Source of the DNA: a virus
Lineage: Duplodnaviria; Caudoviricetes
DNA length: 64,000 bases
Direction: 5' to 3' (one strand)
IMG/VR virus record: IMGVR_UViG_3300001525_000092
Span: 64,001-128,000 of that record
Shown here: positions 47,642 through 56,134 of the stretch, in pieces
How the letters are laid out: each line of letters begins with the position of its first letter
How positions within the stretch are numbered: the first letter of the stretch is position 1
The notes under the pieces: generated by a model
The model's database searches: none
Seen by the model: the letters and a program-made list of their open reading frames with translations, nothing else
Told to the model about the DNA's origin: nothing
Made by a program: the position numbers and the translations under genes

Positions 47642-47928
47642 AAGACAAAGTATTTAATACTTTTTAATAGAAATAGTTGTCTATCTAGACTATATTGATA
47701 TTATAATTAAATGAATAAGTAAATAACAATGAGAACAAATCAACATACATATTATCAAGATACTATTATAGAACAGGCCATTAATTATGATAGCTTGCTC
47801 AAGTCTTGTTGTATATGTGATGAGATTGAATTTATCAATTAGCCTCCACTGTTTTAAAACGACAACATAAACCTCAAGACAAGAGCAATGCAATTCATTT
47901 GTGTTGCTCTTTGTTGATTCAACATAAT

Positions 47929-48002
47929 AGGTGATTATATCAGTTGGTTAGATAGCTTGCCTGATAAGCAAGAGGTCGCAAGTTCAAGTCTTGCATCACC
48001 TA
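47929..48002 (+). tRNA. tRNA-Ile(GAT)
   Basis: CTTGC-CT GAT AA-GCAAG. Confidence 0.92.
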
Positions 48003-48097
48003 CAAAAAAAATGAAAAAGTTCTTTGAAATGATGAAATAATTCCTAGATATTCTATATTAATAATGTACGTAACAAAACAATAAAAATTTAATTATT

Positions 48098-48301
48098 ATG
48101 AATATGAATAGATTAAAGAACAACATTAAGATACTTGATATATTGAGACAACTTGCTCATGAGTTTCCTAATATGAGATTTCATCAGTTGCTTATGGCAG
48201 TGAATGCTACTATTGATGAAGATCAGTTCTATGAAGAATCAAGTGTTACTTTAAATAGAATTAGAAAATTCCTTAAGAATAAGCAAGAGATGTTCAATTA
48301 A
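48098..48301 (+). CDS. Hypothetical protein
   Basis: FP.MRF.QLL..D.FYEES; class A promoter at 48032-48059. Confidence 0.65.
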   Translation: MNMNRLKNNIKILDILRQLAHEFPNMRFHQLLMAVNATIDEDQFYEESSVTLNRIRKFLKNKQEMFN

Positions 48302-48316
48302 TGTAAGTATATAAAC

Positions 48317-48390
48317 GGTGCGTTTGACAAGTGGTTAAGTCGCCAGCTTTTCACGCTGGTATTTCATCAGTTCGAATCTGATACGCACTA
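48317..48390 (+). tRNA. tRNA-Glu(TTC)
   Basis: CCAGC-TT TTC AC-GCTGG. Confidence 0.92.
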
Positions 48391-48399
48391 CTTTATATT

Positions 48400-48439
48400 G
48401 GGTAGATAGGTAAGTGGTTAAAACGGCTTGACTGTAAAT
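48400..48439 (+). pseudogene. tRNA-Tyr(GTA) 5' half only
   Basis: GGGTAGA TA GGT AAGTGGTTAA AACG G CTTGA CT GTA AA T, then no 3' anticodon stem or T-arm. Confidence 0.75.
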
Positions 48440-48669
48440 AATTTAATTGTTGTATGTTCAAATCATCATAGAATGATACATGTAAATAATGTTATTCAAT
48501 AGATTATTTACAAAATTTATCTATTGAGAACACATTTAACAATTGGAAAGACTATTATCATTTAGAACGATAGAATGGGTCAAAGGAACAAATGATAATC
48601 ATGACGAAACAGATGCAAGAAATTGCATAGGAGATTGATGTGTGGCTAGTCAACCTTAAGACTTATCTA

Positions 48670-48743
48670 GGTGCATTAGTTCAGTTGGTTAGAGCGCTAC
48701 CCTGTCACGGTAGAAGTCATCGGTTCGAATCCGATATGTACCG
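48670..48743 (+). tRNA. tRNA-Asp(GTC)
   Basis: CTACC-CT GTC AC-GGTAG. Confidence 0.93.
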
Positions 48744-48753
48744 CAAAAGAAAT

Positions 48754-48824
48754 TGGACTATAGTATAATGGCAGTACAGAAGATTTTGGTTCTTCTAGTC
48801 GGAGTTCGAATCTCCGTGGTCCAA
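48754..48824 (+). tRNA. tRNA-Gln(TTG)
   Basis: GAAGA-TT TTG GT-TCTTC. Confidence 0.9.
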
Positions 48825-48831
48825 CAAACAT

Positions 48832-48904
48832 TGAGATATGGTGTAATGTGGTAACATCCAAGTCTCTGGAACTTGTGTTCTTCGTTCGAATCCAGATATC
48901 TCAA
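48832..48904 (+). tRNA. tRNA-Gln(CTG), weak T-stem
   Basis: CAAGT-CT CTG GA-ACTTG. Confidence 0.8.
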
Positions 48905-48981
48905 CAAAAAAATGAAAAGTTCTTTGAAATTTTTAATATAACTTTCTATATTATAAAAGTAAATACATAAAAATGTATATC

Positions 48982-49055
48982 GGGCTTGTAGCTCAGTCGG
49001 TTAGAGCAGCACACTCATAATGTGACGGTCTCGGGTTCAAATCCTGACTGGCCCA
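48982..49055 (+). tRNA. tRNA with CAT anticodon (Ile2 or Met)
   Basis: CT CAT AA; class A-like promoter at 48924-48952. Confidence 0.88.
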
Positions 49056-49070
49056 CTTTAATTTTTAATT

Positions 49071-49901
49071 ATGCCTAATCAATATACAAAATCATCAAAT
49101 GGATTATTAGAATATAAAAAATACCATTATTTCTATAAAATAACTAATCGTTTAAATGGTAAATATTATTATGGAATACATTCAACTGATAATTTAAATG
49201 ATAGATATAAAGGTTCTGGTATAAGATTACATGAAGCATATAAAAAATATGGCATTAATAATTTTAAGAAAGAAATATTAAAATTTTTTAAAACTAGAAA
49301 AGAGGCTTCAAAATATGAAAATAAAATAGTTACAGAAGATGAAGTTAATTCTGATAAATGTTATAATTTAACTGTAGGAGGTGATAAAGGTATATCCAAT
49401 GCTTTTAAAGGAAAACATCATACAGAAAAGACAAAACAAATTGTATCTAAAAAATTAACAATACCTGATGATAAGTTGATTCTTAAAAGGAGAATGATGC
49501 ATAAAGATGGTATTAAAAAATCTGTTAAAATAGAAGATATTCAAACATATAAAGAAAATGGATGGATTTTAGGAGGATCAAATTCTTCTTATATTCATAC
49601 TAAGGAAGAATATTTAGATATATTAAAAGAAAGAAAAAGAAAACGAATTGAAAAGGAAAATATATTAAAAGGAAATAGAATAAAAGAAAAGAAAAGAATT
49701 CATTCAATATTATTAAATATTGCAAAAGATGATAACATAAAATTAAATAAATTTGGATGGAATAAAATTATTATTAAATTATTAAAAGAACAAAATATTA
49801 TTATTAATTCTAATATAAGAAGATTTATAACAAATAATTGTCCTGAATTCTTTAATTATAAAGAAGTTTATAATAAAACATATATCGCGGATGTGGTGTA
49901 A
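49071..49901 (+). CDS. GIY-YIG homing endonuclease (Seg-like) in tRNA array
   Basis: YFYKITN..NGKYYYGIH..Y.GSG, CYNL..GG, NUMOD3-like GKHHTEKTK. Confidence 0.88.
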   Translation: MPNQYTKSSNGLLEYKKYHYFYKITNRLNGKYYYGIHSTDNLNDRYKGSGIRLHEAYKKYGINNFKKEILKFFKTRKEASKYENKIVTEDEVNSDKCYNLTVGGDKGISNAFKGKHHTEKTKQIVSKKLTIPDDKLILKRRMMHKDGIKKSVKIEDIQTYKENGWILGGSNSSYIHTKEEYLDILKERKRKRIEKENILKGNRIKEKKRIHSILLNIAKDDNIKLNKFGWNKIIIKLLKEQNIIINSNIRRFITNNCPEFFNYKEVYNKTYIADVV

Positions 49902-49956
49902 AGGTAGCATACGAGGCTCATAACCTCGAAGAGCCGTTCGAGTCGGACATCCGCAA
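49886..49956 (+). tRNA. tRNA-Met(CAT), initiator-like
   Basis: 5' C unpaired with A, CGAGG-CT CAT AA-CCTCG. Confidence 0.8.
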
Positions 49957-49966
49957 CAAAATAAAT

Positions 49967-50040
49967 TGGAACTTAGCTCAGTTGGTTAGAGCAATTGACT
50001 GTTAATCAATAGGTCATCGGTTCGAATCCGATAGTTCCAG
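49967..50040 (+). tRNA. tRNA-Asn(GTT)
   Basis: ATTGA-CT GTT AA-TCAAT. Confidence 0.93.
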
Positions 50041-50144
50041 CAAACGGCAACGATTATTTAGAGGCGGCCTAACTTAAGGCTACTCAATTGGATATGGTCA
50101 AGCTAATCACTTGAGATGGTCAAGCATCGCCAAACTCTTGACAT

Positions 50145-50218
50145 GGGCTGATAGTTCAGTTGGTTAGAACATTTGCTTTGCAAGCAAGAGGTCCTGAGTT
50201 CGATTCTCAGTCGGTCCA
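50145..50218 (+). tRNA. tRNA-Ala(TGC)
   Basis: G3:U70, TT TGC AA. Confidence 0.92.
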
Positions 50219-50228
50219 CAACACAATT

Positions 50229-50300
50229 GCTCCGATAGCACAGTGGTAGTGCAGCTCACTTGTAATGAGCAGGTCGTTGGTTCGAATCCGACTCGGAGCT
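50229..50300 (+). tRNA. tRNA-Thr(TGT)
   Basis: GCTCA-CT TGT AA-TGAGC. Confidence 0.93.
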
Positions 50301-50316
50301 CTCCTCTGCTGATTTT

Positions 50317-50353
50317 GGGCAAGCTTGATTGTGAAATTGAGCTTGCCCTTTTT
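50317..50353 (+). terminator. Terminator closing the tRNA array
   Basis: GGGCAAGCTTGATT..AATTGAGCTTGCCC TTTTT. Confidence 0.75.
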
Positions 50354-50386
50354 CTATATTGTTTCATAATCAACTAACATAAAAAC

Positions 50387-51007
50387 ATGAAATACAACTA
50401 CATATATAAGCTTACAATGATAGATGATGGAAAAGTCGTCTATGGTGTGCACGAGACAGATCACATGGATGATGGATATCCAGAGAGAAAGTTGAGCAAA
50501 GCGTTCAAAGAGATAGTTGCTATGTTCAGCACTATAGAAGAATGCAATAGTTTCTATGACTATTGCAACAACAAAGGATTGTTTGATGGTAGCATGCAAC
50601 TAGACAAGCTTCTTTCTTCTTACAATAAGTCTATCAATATAGAAAAGAAAGAAGAAAAGAAAGAGAAAGTAGCAAAGACAAGAGTGCCTAAGCCAAAGAA
50701 AGTCTCATTAAGATATGTGAATGATCCTGAGTATGTAGAAAAGATAAGACAAGCCATAGAAAATGGAATTGACTTGTCAAAGCACGGATGGACCAAGAAC
50801 ATGATAGAGAAAACAGGAATCAACAAAGGAACTATCCATAGACTAATGAAGACACACTTTCCTGACATCTATGCTAATGCTTATCATCATGTAGAGAAGT
50901 TCAAGCAAGTATGGATTATCAAAGATGGCATTCCTAAGAGAATATCAGAAGGAAATTTAGCTACTTATGAGAAAGATGGATGGAAACTGAAGAAAGCACA
51001 ATCATAG
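50387..51007 (+). CDS. Degenerate GIY-YIG-derived DNA-binding protein
   Basis: YIYKLT..GKVVYGVH.TD..DGY shortened domain; shares K(F/H)GW and KDG..GW modules with neighbouring endonucleases. Confidence 0.6.
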   Translation: MKYNYIYKLTMIDDGKVVYGVHETDHMDDGYPERKLSKAFKEIVAMFSTIEECNSFYDYCNNKGLFDGSMQLDKLLSSYNKSINIEKKEEKKEKVAKTRVPKPKKVSLRYVNDPEYVEKIRQAIENGIDLSKHGWTKNMIEKTGINKGTIHRLMKTHFPDIYANAYHHVEKFKQVWIIKDGIPKRISEGNLATYEKDGWKLKKAQS

Positions 51008-51021
51008 ATTGTGCTTTCTCT

Positions 51022-51852
51022 TTATCTATGAATGTAGAACTGTACCCATTTGTCTTTCTCTTTCTTCACTTCATCTATCAAGTCTATAGCCTCATCTACA
51101 GCATTGTTGATTGCTTTTGACAACTCTGGTGTCTTCAAGCTCTTGTAAGGATCATCATCATAGCTAGCAGATCCAACTTTTCCAATGTATAGTTGCCAGT
51201 CTTTGTCGTCATCTTTTCTGCCTATCAAGAAGTCTATCTCTATTCCTTCTTTCTTGTCACGATAGACATACTCTATCTTCAAGTACTTCTCTCCTTGCTT
51301 CAAGTCGGTCACTTGCTTGTCTGGAGCAGTGTATATCTTGAACTGGATGTCTGCTCTCTGCTTTGCTTTAGCATCATCTTTAGCACCTTGCTGTCCTAGA
51401 GCATTAGAACTTTCTTTGTCATCTCCATTGTCTTCATTATCACCTTGAGTAGCTGCATCATCCATTCCTTCTTCATCTTCTACCACATACTTGATCTTCT
51501 CTTTCCATGTGTTGCCTTCAACCATAGGTATCAACTGTATCTTGTTGACTGCTTCACAATATAGACTTGGATTGTCCAAGATGTCTTCTATGCTTCCAAG
51601 CGACTTCACTTCATCTATATATGAATTCTTATCTATAGTAAGTAGTATAGTAGAATCAGGATTGACATAGCATTCTATAGTCATAGAAGGAGCATCATCA
51701 TCTGACAAGTACTTCAAGTACTTTCCTTCTGTCATCTTTCCTTCATATATAGTAGTTCCAAACTTCTTTATAGAACAGTCATGCTCTGTCATGTACTTCC
51801 ATATAGATGGTGCATTGTCATGTGCTTCTCTCAATGAGACAAAGTTGTTCAT
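51022..51852 (-). CDS. Hypothetical protein, possibly virion-associated
   Basis: Acidic linker; class B-like motif upstream; bidirectional hairpin at 50992-51020. Confidence 0.6.
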   Translation of the reverse strand: MNNFVSLREAHDNAPSIWKYMTEHDCSIKKFGTTIYEGKMTEGKYLKYLSDDDAPSMTIECYVNPDSTILLTIDKNSYIDEVKSLGSIEDILDNPSLYCEAVNKIQLIPMVEGNTWKEKIKYVVEDEEGMDDAATQGDNEDNGDDKESSNALGQQGAKDDAKAKQRADIQFKIYTAPDKQVTDLKQGEKYLKIEYVYRDKKEGIEIDFLIGRKDDDKDWQLYIGKVGSASYDDDPYKSLKTPELSKAINNAVDEAIDLIDEVKKEKDKWVQFYIHR

Positions 51853-52043
51853 TTATTGATGAATTGAATCATTTATTTAAAAATAAAATTGATCTTAGTC
51901 AAAAAATGATACCAGATTTCAAACTTTCTTGTTATTTTTAATACTATCTTTAATAAATTGTTCTATTTATTAAATGAACATGAATGATTCATGACCATCA
52001 AGAATGAATTTAAATGTAACAAACATATATATGACATGAAACT

Positions 52044-52142
52044 ATGAAGTTACTGAAAAAAATAGGAAACATCTACTTGAGAGTGATTGCACTTTCATTA
52101 GACTATCCTTATGAACAAATGAATTTTATCAACAAAACATGA
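52044..52142 (+). CDS. Small peptide 1
   Basis: MKLLKKIGNIYLRVIALSLDYPYEQMNFINKT; ATGA-coupled to the next ORF. Confidence 0.5.
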   Translation: MKLLKKIGNIYLRVIALSLDYPYEQMNFINKT

Positions 52143-52228
52143 AGAAGTTACTTAAGAGATTTTGGCATTCTTACAAAGAAGCCATGGAGTTGTATGGTGA
52201 GGCTATTCTCATCTCAAAAACAGTTTAG
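52139..52228 (+). CDS. Small peptide 2
   Basis: MKKLLKRFWHSYKEAMELYGEAILISKTV. Confidence 0.6.
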   Translation: MKKLLKRFWHSYKEAMELYGEAILISKTV

Positions 52229-52240
52229 TCAAATTAACAA

Positions 52241-52354
52241 ATGAAAGTCATGAAGAAGTTTATCAATGCCATCAAGAGAAACATGAAGGTATCTGCAGAG
52301 CGTGGACTCATGAACTGCACTGGATCTATACCTTTGTGGGCAACAAGTTACTAA
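52241..52354 (+). CDS. Small peptide 3
   Basis: (MKV)MKKFINAIKRNMKVSAERGLMNCTGSIPLWATSY. Confidence 0.55.
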   Translation: MKVMKKFINAIKRNMKVSAERGLMNCTGSIPLWATSY

Positions 52355-52467
52355 GACATTCTAGATCCAAATGCCAATGGAGAAAGGCTCCATTGGTTGA
52401 TGTGAAGGTGACCATCACTTTCACATTTGTGGGATTTTTAATAAAGACAATGACTAACTAACTAAAC

Positions 52468-52890
52468 ATGAACTTCAATGACATGGCTATATACATAAAG
52501 AAAGGAATCAAAGGAAACTTCTTCACTAAGCTAGTGCAACAAAATAGTGGATATAGTAGCAAGAGCTTCTTTCTTGTGATAGTGACTATAATAGGAACAT
52601 TGCTTCTTGCTGTCCCTATATTTGTTCTAGGAATAGAAGCTTGGTTCAACCACACTATAGCTACTGACTTGAATGGTGTAGCAGCATACATAGCAGCGGT
52701 AGCAGCTGTCTTCACTTCTGTAGGTCTCACCAAAGTGTGGTCTGAGAAGTATGAGCACCGATTGCCTGGCCCAGATGGAAAGATTGGCACTGATGATGAC
52801 ATCATAGTGAATGTCACAGATGAAGAATATGACAAGATATTAGCAATGATGAAAGAGAAAGAAAATGCTAATGATACAAGTTTCTCTTAA
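52468..52890 (+). CDS. Holin-like two-TM protein
   Basis: Two TM helices, charged C-terminus, class B-like motif upstream. Confidence 0.55.
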   Translation: MNFNDMAIYIKKGIKGNFFTKLVQQNSGYSSKSFFLVIVTIIGTLLLAVPIFVLGIEAWFNHTIATDLNGVAAYIAAVAAVFTSVGLTKVWSEKYEHRLPGPDGKIGTDDDIIVNVTDEEYDKILAMMKEKENANDTSFS

Positions 52891-52990
52891 GATGCCGCCA
52901 GGAGTCGCTGGGCGCCGCTGGCGGCCGCGAAATGGCTTAGACTATAAATTATATTAGGGCAACATTTTCAAGGCCGCCAGCGTCAAATTT
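52891..52990 (+). repeat. Dispersed GC-rich element, copy 5
   Basis: GATGCCGCCAGGAGTCGCTGGGCGCCGCTGGCGGCCGCGAAAT..TATAAATTATATTAGGGCAACATTTTCAAGGCCGCCAGCGTCAAATTT. Confidence 0.95.
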
Positions 52991-53023
52991 CACATTTGTT
53001 AACATTTCATCATATCAATTATA

Positions 53024-55183
53024 TCAAGAGAATCTCTTGAATCTAGATTCCATCATCTGGTGTGGTGTCAGCGGCATGTCATAGAGTGATCCTTCATCAT
53101 TGCTGTATTGAGATGGCATAGTACTCATACTACTCAACATATTGTTCATACTGCTTACATTATATATGTTGTTGTCATATATAGAAGAAGTAGAAGAAGT
53201 AGAAGGCATGCTTCTGTTCATGAATGGATTTGCATTGTTGATAGGAGAAGGTACAGTTGAACTTGGAACTCTCACTGTCTCTGACACAGACTTCTTCTCT
53301 ATCACATTGCCTAATGCATCTCTTAGCAGCTTGAGCATCTCTATCTTCTTCTCATCTTTCTCTGCATCTTCTATCTCTTGCCATCTTCCTGTTGCTCTCA
53401 TCTCTATTTCCCATTCTTCTATGAAGTCTTTGTACTTAGTGGTGTTCTTCAACAATGGCAACTGGACAAAAGTCATTATCAAGTCATCATGTCCATATGC
53501 AGCAGCATAGCTTCCATTTCCATTCTTATCTTCAAAGTTCTCTAATTCTGACACTGTTAGCAAGTCAGTCAAGATCACATCAAACTTCTCTATCATCATC
53601 TTAAGGAGTGCACAAGCAGATATCTTAGTGGCATGACTAAGCCTTATCCCTGGTATTGTGCTACTGTTCTTGAATCCATTCAAGTTAGCAATAGAGTCTT
53701 CTTGGCTTCCTTTCTTGTATCTTGCTAAGCAACTCAAGTCAAATTCTCTGGCAGGATTCACTTGCCATCTCCATGCTGCTTCTGGCATGTACTCTTCTTC
53801 ATTCAAGTTCTTCAGATAATTGTAGAACAATGCACCGTATGTGTTCCACTCAACAGACACTAGTGTCTTGAATGGATTGAAGAACTGACCAAACAGTACC
53901 CAGAACTCTAGTGCAGCTTGCTCAAGATCTACTGTGTTACAATGCCAGTATCCTACTTGCTCAAACTTCTCTTTTCCTACTACTTCTATTATGTTGAATG
54001 TAGTGAAGTCATTTCCTCCACCTTCGGCTAAGTCAACTAATATGATGAACCAACCTTCTTTTAGATGATGCAACTCATATCCTTTCTTGAATCTAAGGTC
54101 ATTCTTATGCAGACTGAAGTACCAACTGTCATCCTCAGGTACATCAAACAGATAAGTCAAGTCTCTGATCTTTCCTAAAGTCTCTCTTGAGACAAGACAC
54201 TTGTCTGATGCAGAGAATTGTGTTCCGTATTGATAGTAGAATGCTTCTTCTGATCCTAGCACACCTACCATCTCCGCTTTCCATTTCTCATCTCTCTTCT
54301 TCCAACACTTATTGTCTTTGTCCCACTGAGGCACTTGCCACCAGTCTATGGTCATAGGAGCATACATTGACTTTCCAGTCTCAGCAGCATGCCATAGCTT
54401 ATAGAACAAGTTGAATCCATTCTGCGTTGACATGATGCATATCTGGGCTGAAGTATCTGCTGACACTACAGGTATGATGTTGTTGTAGAATAGCTCAACA
54501 TCATTAGGAGGACACCATGCAAACTCATCAAGTATCAAGAAGTTTATAGTCTTACCAAGACCTGCTGTAGGAGAGAATGGCTCTGTTGCAATAGTTGAGT
54601 TGTTGTCAAATGATATCTCGGACTGATTCCACTTGTACACACCTAGTTTCAAGTGATAAGGCAAGTACAAGAACATGTCTTTTATCTTCTTGAGCAAGTC
54701 TCTTCCTGCAGGACCTGACTTTGAAAGTATTAGGCCTGAGCGGTCATTCTTGAAGAGTATAGACCAAAGACAGAAGATAGCAGTTGTGACAGACTTTCCT
54801 GCCTGGCGGCATGCTCTAAGTATTGAGAATCGATTCTTCTGACAATGCTTGATATATTCTTCTTGGTAGTCACGAAGCACTGCTGCTTGGAGACCGTCAG
54901 GATTCATGATGTAACACTTAGATGCAAAGTATATAGGATCTTCCATGCAGTGCAAGTAGTCTTCTATCTCTTCTTCACTTCTCGCAAAGACTAGATTGGG
55001 CTTGATGAGCATAGTGTTCTTTCCTATGAAAGGATTGGCCTTCAGTGGCAATCCTTTCTTCATAGCTTCTACTGCTTTGTTTAAGGTGATAGTAGTCCAG
55101 ACTATAGCTTCTGCTTCTTTTCCGCCTCTCTCATACTTTATAGGATCAAAGCTCTCATATATGTCTGTGTTGTCTTTCTTCAT
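53024..55183 (-). CDS. terL: Terminase large subunit (gp17-like)
   Basis: LRDYQ, RQAGKS Walker A, ILDEFA Walker B, STQNG, DLAEG.G.D, HDDL. Confidence 0.95.
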   Translation of the reverse strand: MKKDNTDIYESFDPIKYERGGKEAEAIVWTTITLNKAVEAMKKGLPLKANPFIGKNTMLIKPNLVFARSEEEIEDYLHCMEDPIYFASKCYIMNPDGLQAAVLRDYQEEYIKHCQKNRFSILRACRQAGKSVTTAIFCLWSILFKNDRSGLILSKSGPAGRDLLKKIKDMFLYLPYHLKLGVYKWNQSEISFDNNSTIATEPFSPTAGLGKTINFLILDEFAWCPPNDVELFYNNIIPVVSADTSAQICIMSTQNGFNLFYKLWHAAETGKSMYAPMTIDWWQVPQWDKDNKCWKKRDEKWKAEMVGVLGSEEAFYYQYGTQFSASDKCLVSRETLGKIRDLTYLFDVPEDDSWYFSLHKNDLRFKKGYELHHLKEGWFIILVDLAEGGGNDFTTFNIIEVVGKEKFEQVGYWHCNTVDLEQAALEFWVLFGQFFNPFKTLVSVEWNTYGALFYNYLKNLNEEEYMPEAAWRWQVNPAREFDLSCLARYKKGSQEDSIANLNGFKNSSTIPGIRLSHATKISACALLKMMIEKFDVILTDLLTVSELENFEDKNGNGSYAAAYGHDDLIMTFVQLPLLKNTTKYKDFIEEWEIEMRATGRWQEIEDAEKDEKKIEMLKLLRDALGNVIEKKSVSETVRVPSSTVPSPINNANPFMNRSMPSTSSTSSIYDNNIYNVSSMNNMLSSMSTMPSQYSNDEGSLYDMPLTPHQMMESRFKRFS

Positions 55184-55189
55184 AATTCA

Positions 55190-56116
55190 TTACAATGGTG
55201 ATATTCCTAGCAAGCCAGCAAGCTTGAACTTTGCTTTCTGTATCTGTGTGGCAGCAGCTTGCTTCACTTTAGCTGTGTTCTTGTTTGTCATGTTGTTCAA
55301 CTTGTCTATCTTCTTGTCTAATGCTTTTATAGTCGGCTTGACAGTCTGCTTAGCAATTCCTTTTGCTATTCCGTCTAAGAACTTGTTTCTGTTGTCCATT
55401 ATAGTCTCTGCTTGATCATCAATAAAATCATAAGCTAAGTTCTTGTACTCATTCTCTAACTTGTTTATCTGTCCACCTATCCATTGTGGTCCTTGCATAG
55501 CATACTTGCACACATCATTGACATAGTTGTTCATGTAAGAAGTGTACTTGTTGATGTATGTTGTTGCTAGACCAACATAAGTGTTCACATACTTAAGTAT
55601 CTTCTGTGGACCATTCACTTTCTCTTTGAGCGCATTGATGTTAGACTCTGTCTCTTTGTCTATCAAGAACTTCTTAGGAATGTCTGCAAGTGCTTGCTTC
55701 AGTTCTTGTCCTGCCCAATATGTCACCCTAGATGTGAAGTATGATGTGACAGTGCTTGCTATCTCTGATGTCTTCTTGGAAAGCAATCCAAGAGAGTAGC
55801 TAGTCACTTCAGCTATAGCTTCTTGCGCCATGTCAGATATCTGAGTGACATCTCCTGCTAGTGACATTCCTGTTCCTATCACATTTCCAAATGTTGATCC
55901 TAGTCCTGCGCCTACAGAGCTAACTGTCAGCATAGCTCCATTCTCTAGCTCTCCTATCACATCAGCTGCCTGCTTCTGGATATTGTCTGCTATGTCATAT
56001 ATAGTGCCTCCTGCTACTTCAAGTCCATTGGCAGCAAATGCAGATGTGATCTGGCCAGTCAAGAAATTCTGTCCGGCATCTATTGCTTTAGTCTTTATGC
56101 TACTGCTTAGTGACAT
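55190..56116 (-). CDS. Hypothetical helical protein in morphogenesis operon
   Basis: Between gp5-like gene and terL. Confidence 0.6.
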   Translation of the reverse strand: MSLSSSIKTKAIDAGQNFLTGQITSAFAANGLEVAGGTIYDIADNIQKQAADVIGELENGAMLTVSSVGAGLGSTFGNVIGTGMSLAGDVTQISDMAQEAIAEVTSYSLGLLSKKTSEIASTVTSYFTSRVTYWAGQELKQALADIPKKFLIDKETESNINALKEKVNGPQKILKYVNTYVGLATTYINKYTSYMNNYVNDVCKYAMQGPQWIGGQINKLENEYKNLAYDFIDDQAETIMDNRNKFLDGIAKGIAKQTVKPTIKALDKKIDKLNNMTNKNTAKVKQAAATQIQKAKFKLAGLLGISPL

Positions 56117-56134
56117 TCTATCTCATATATATCA

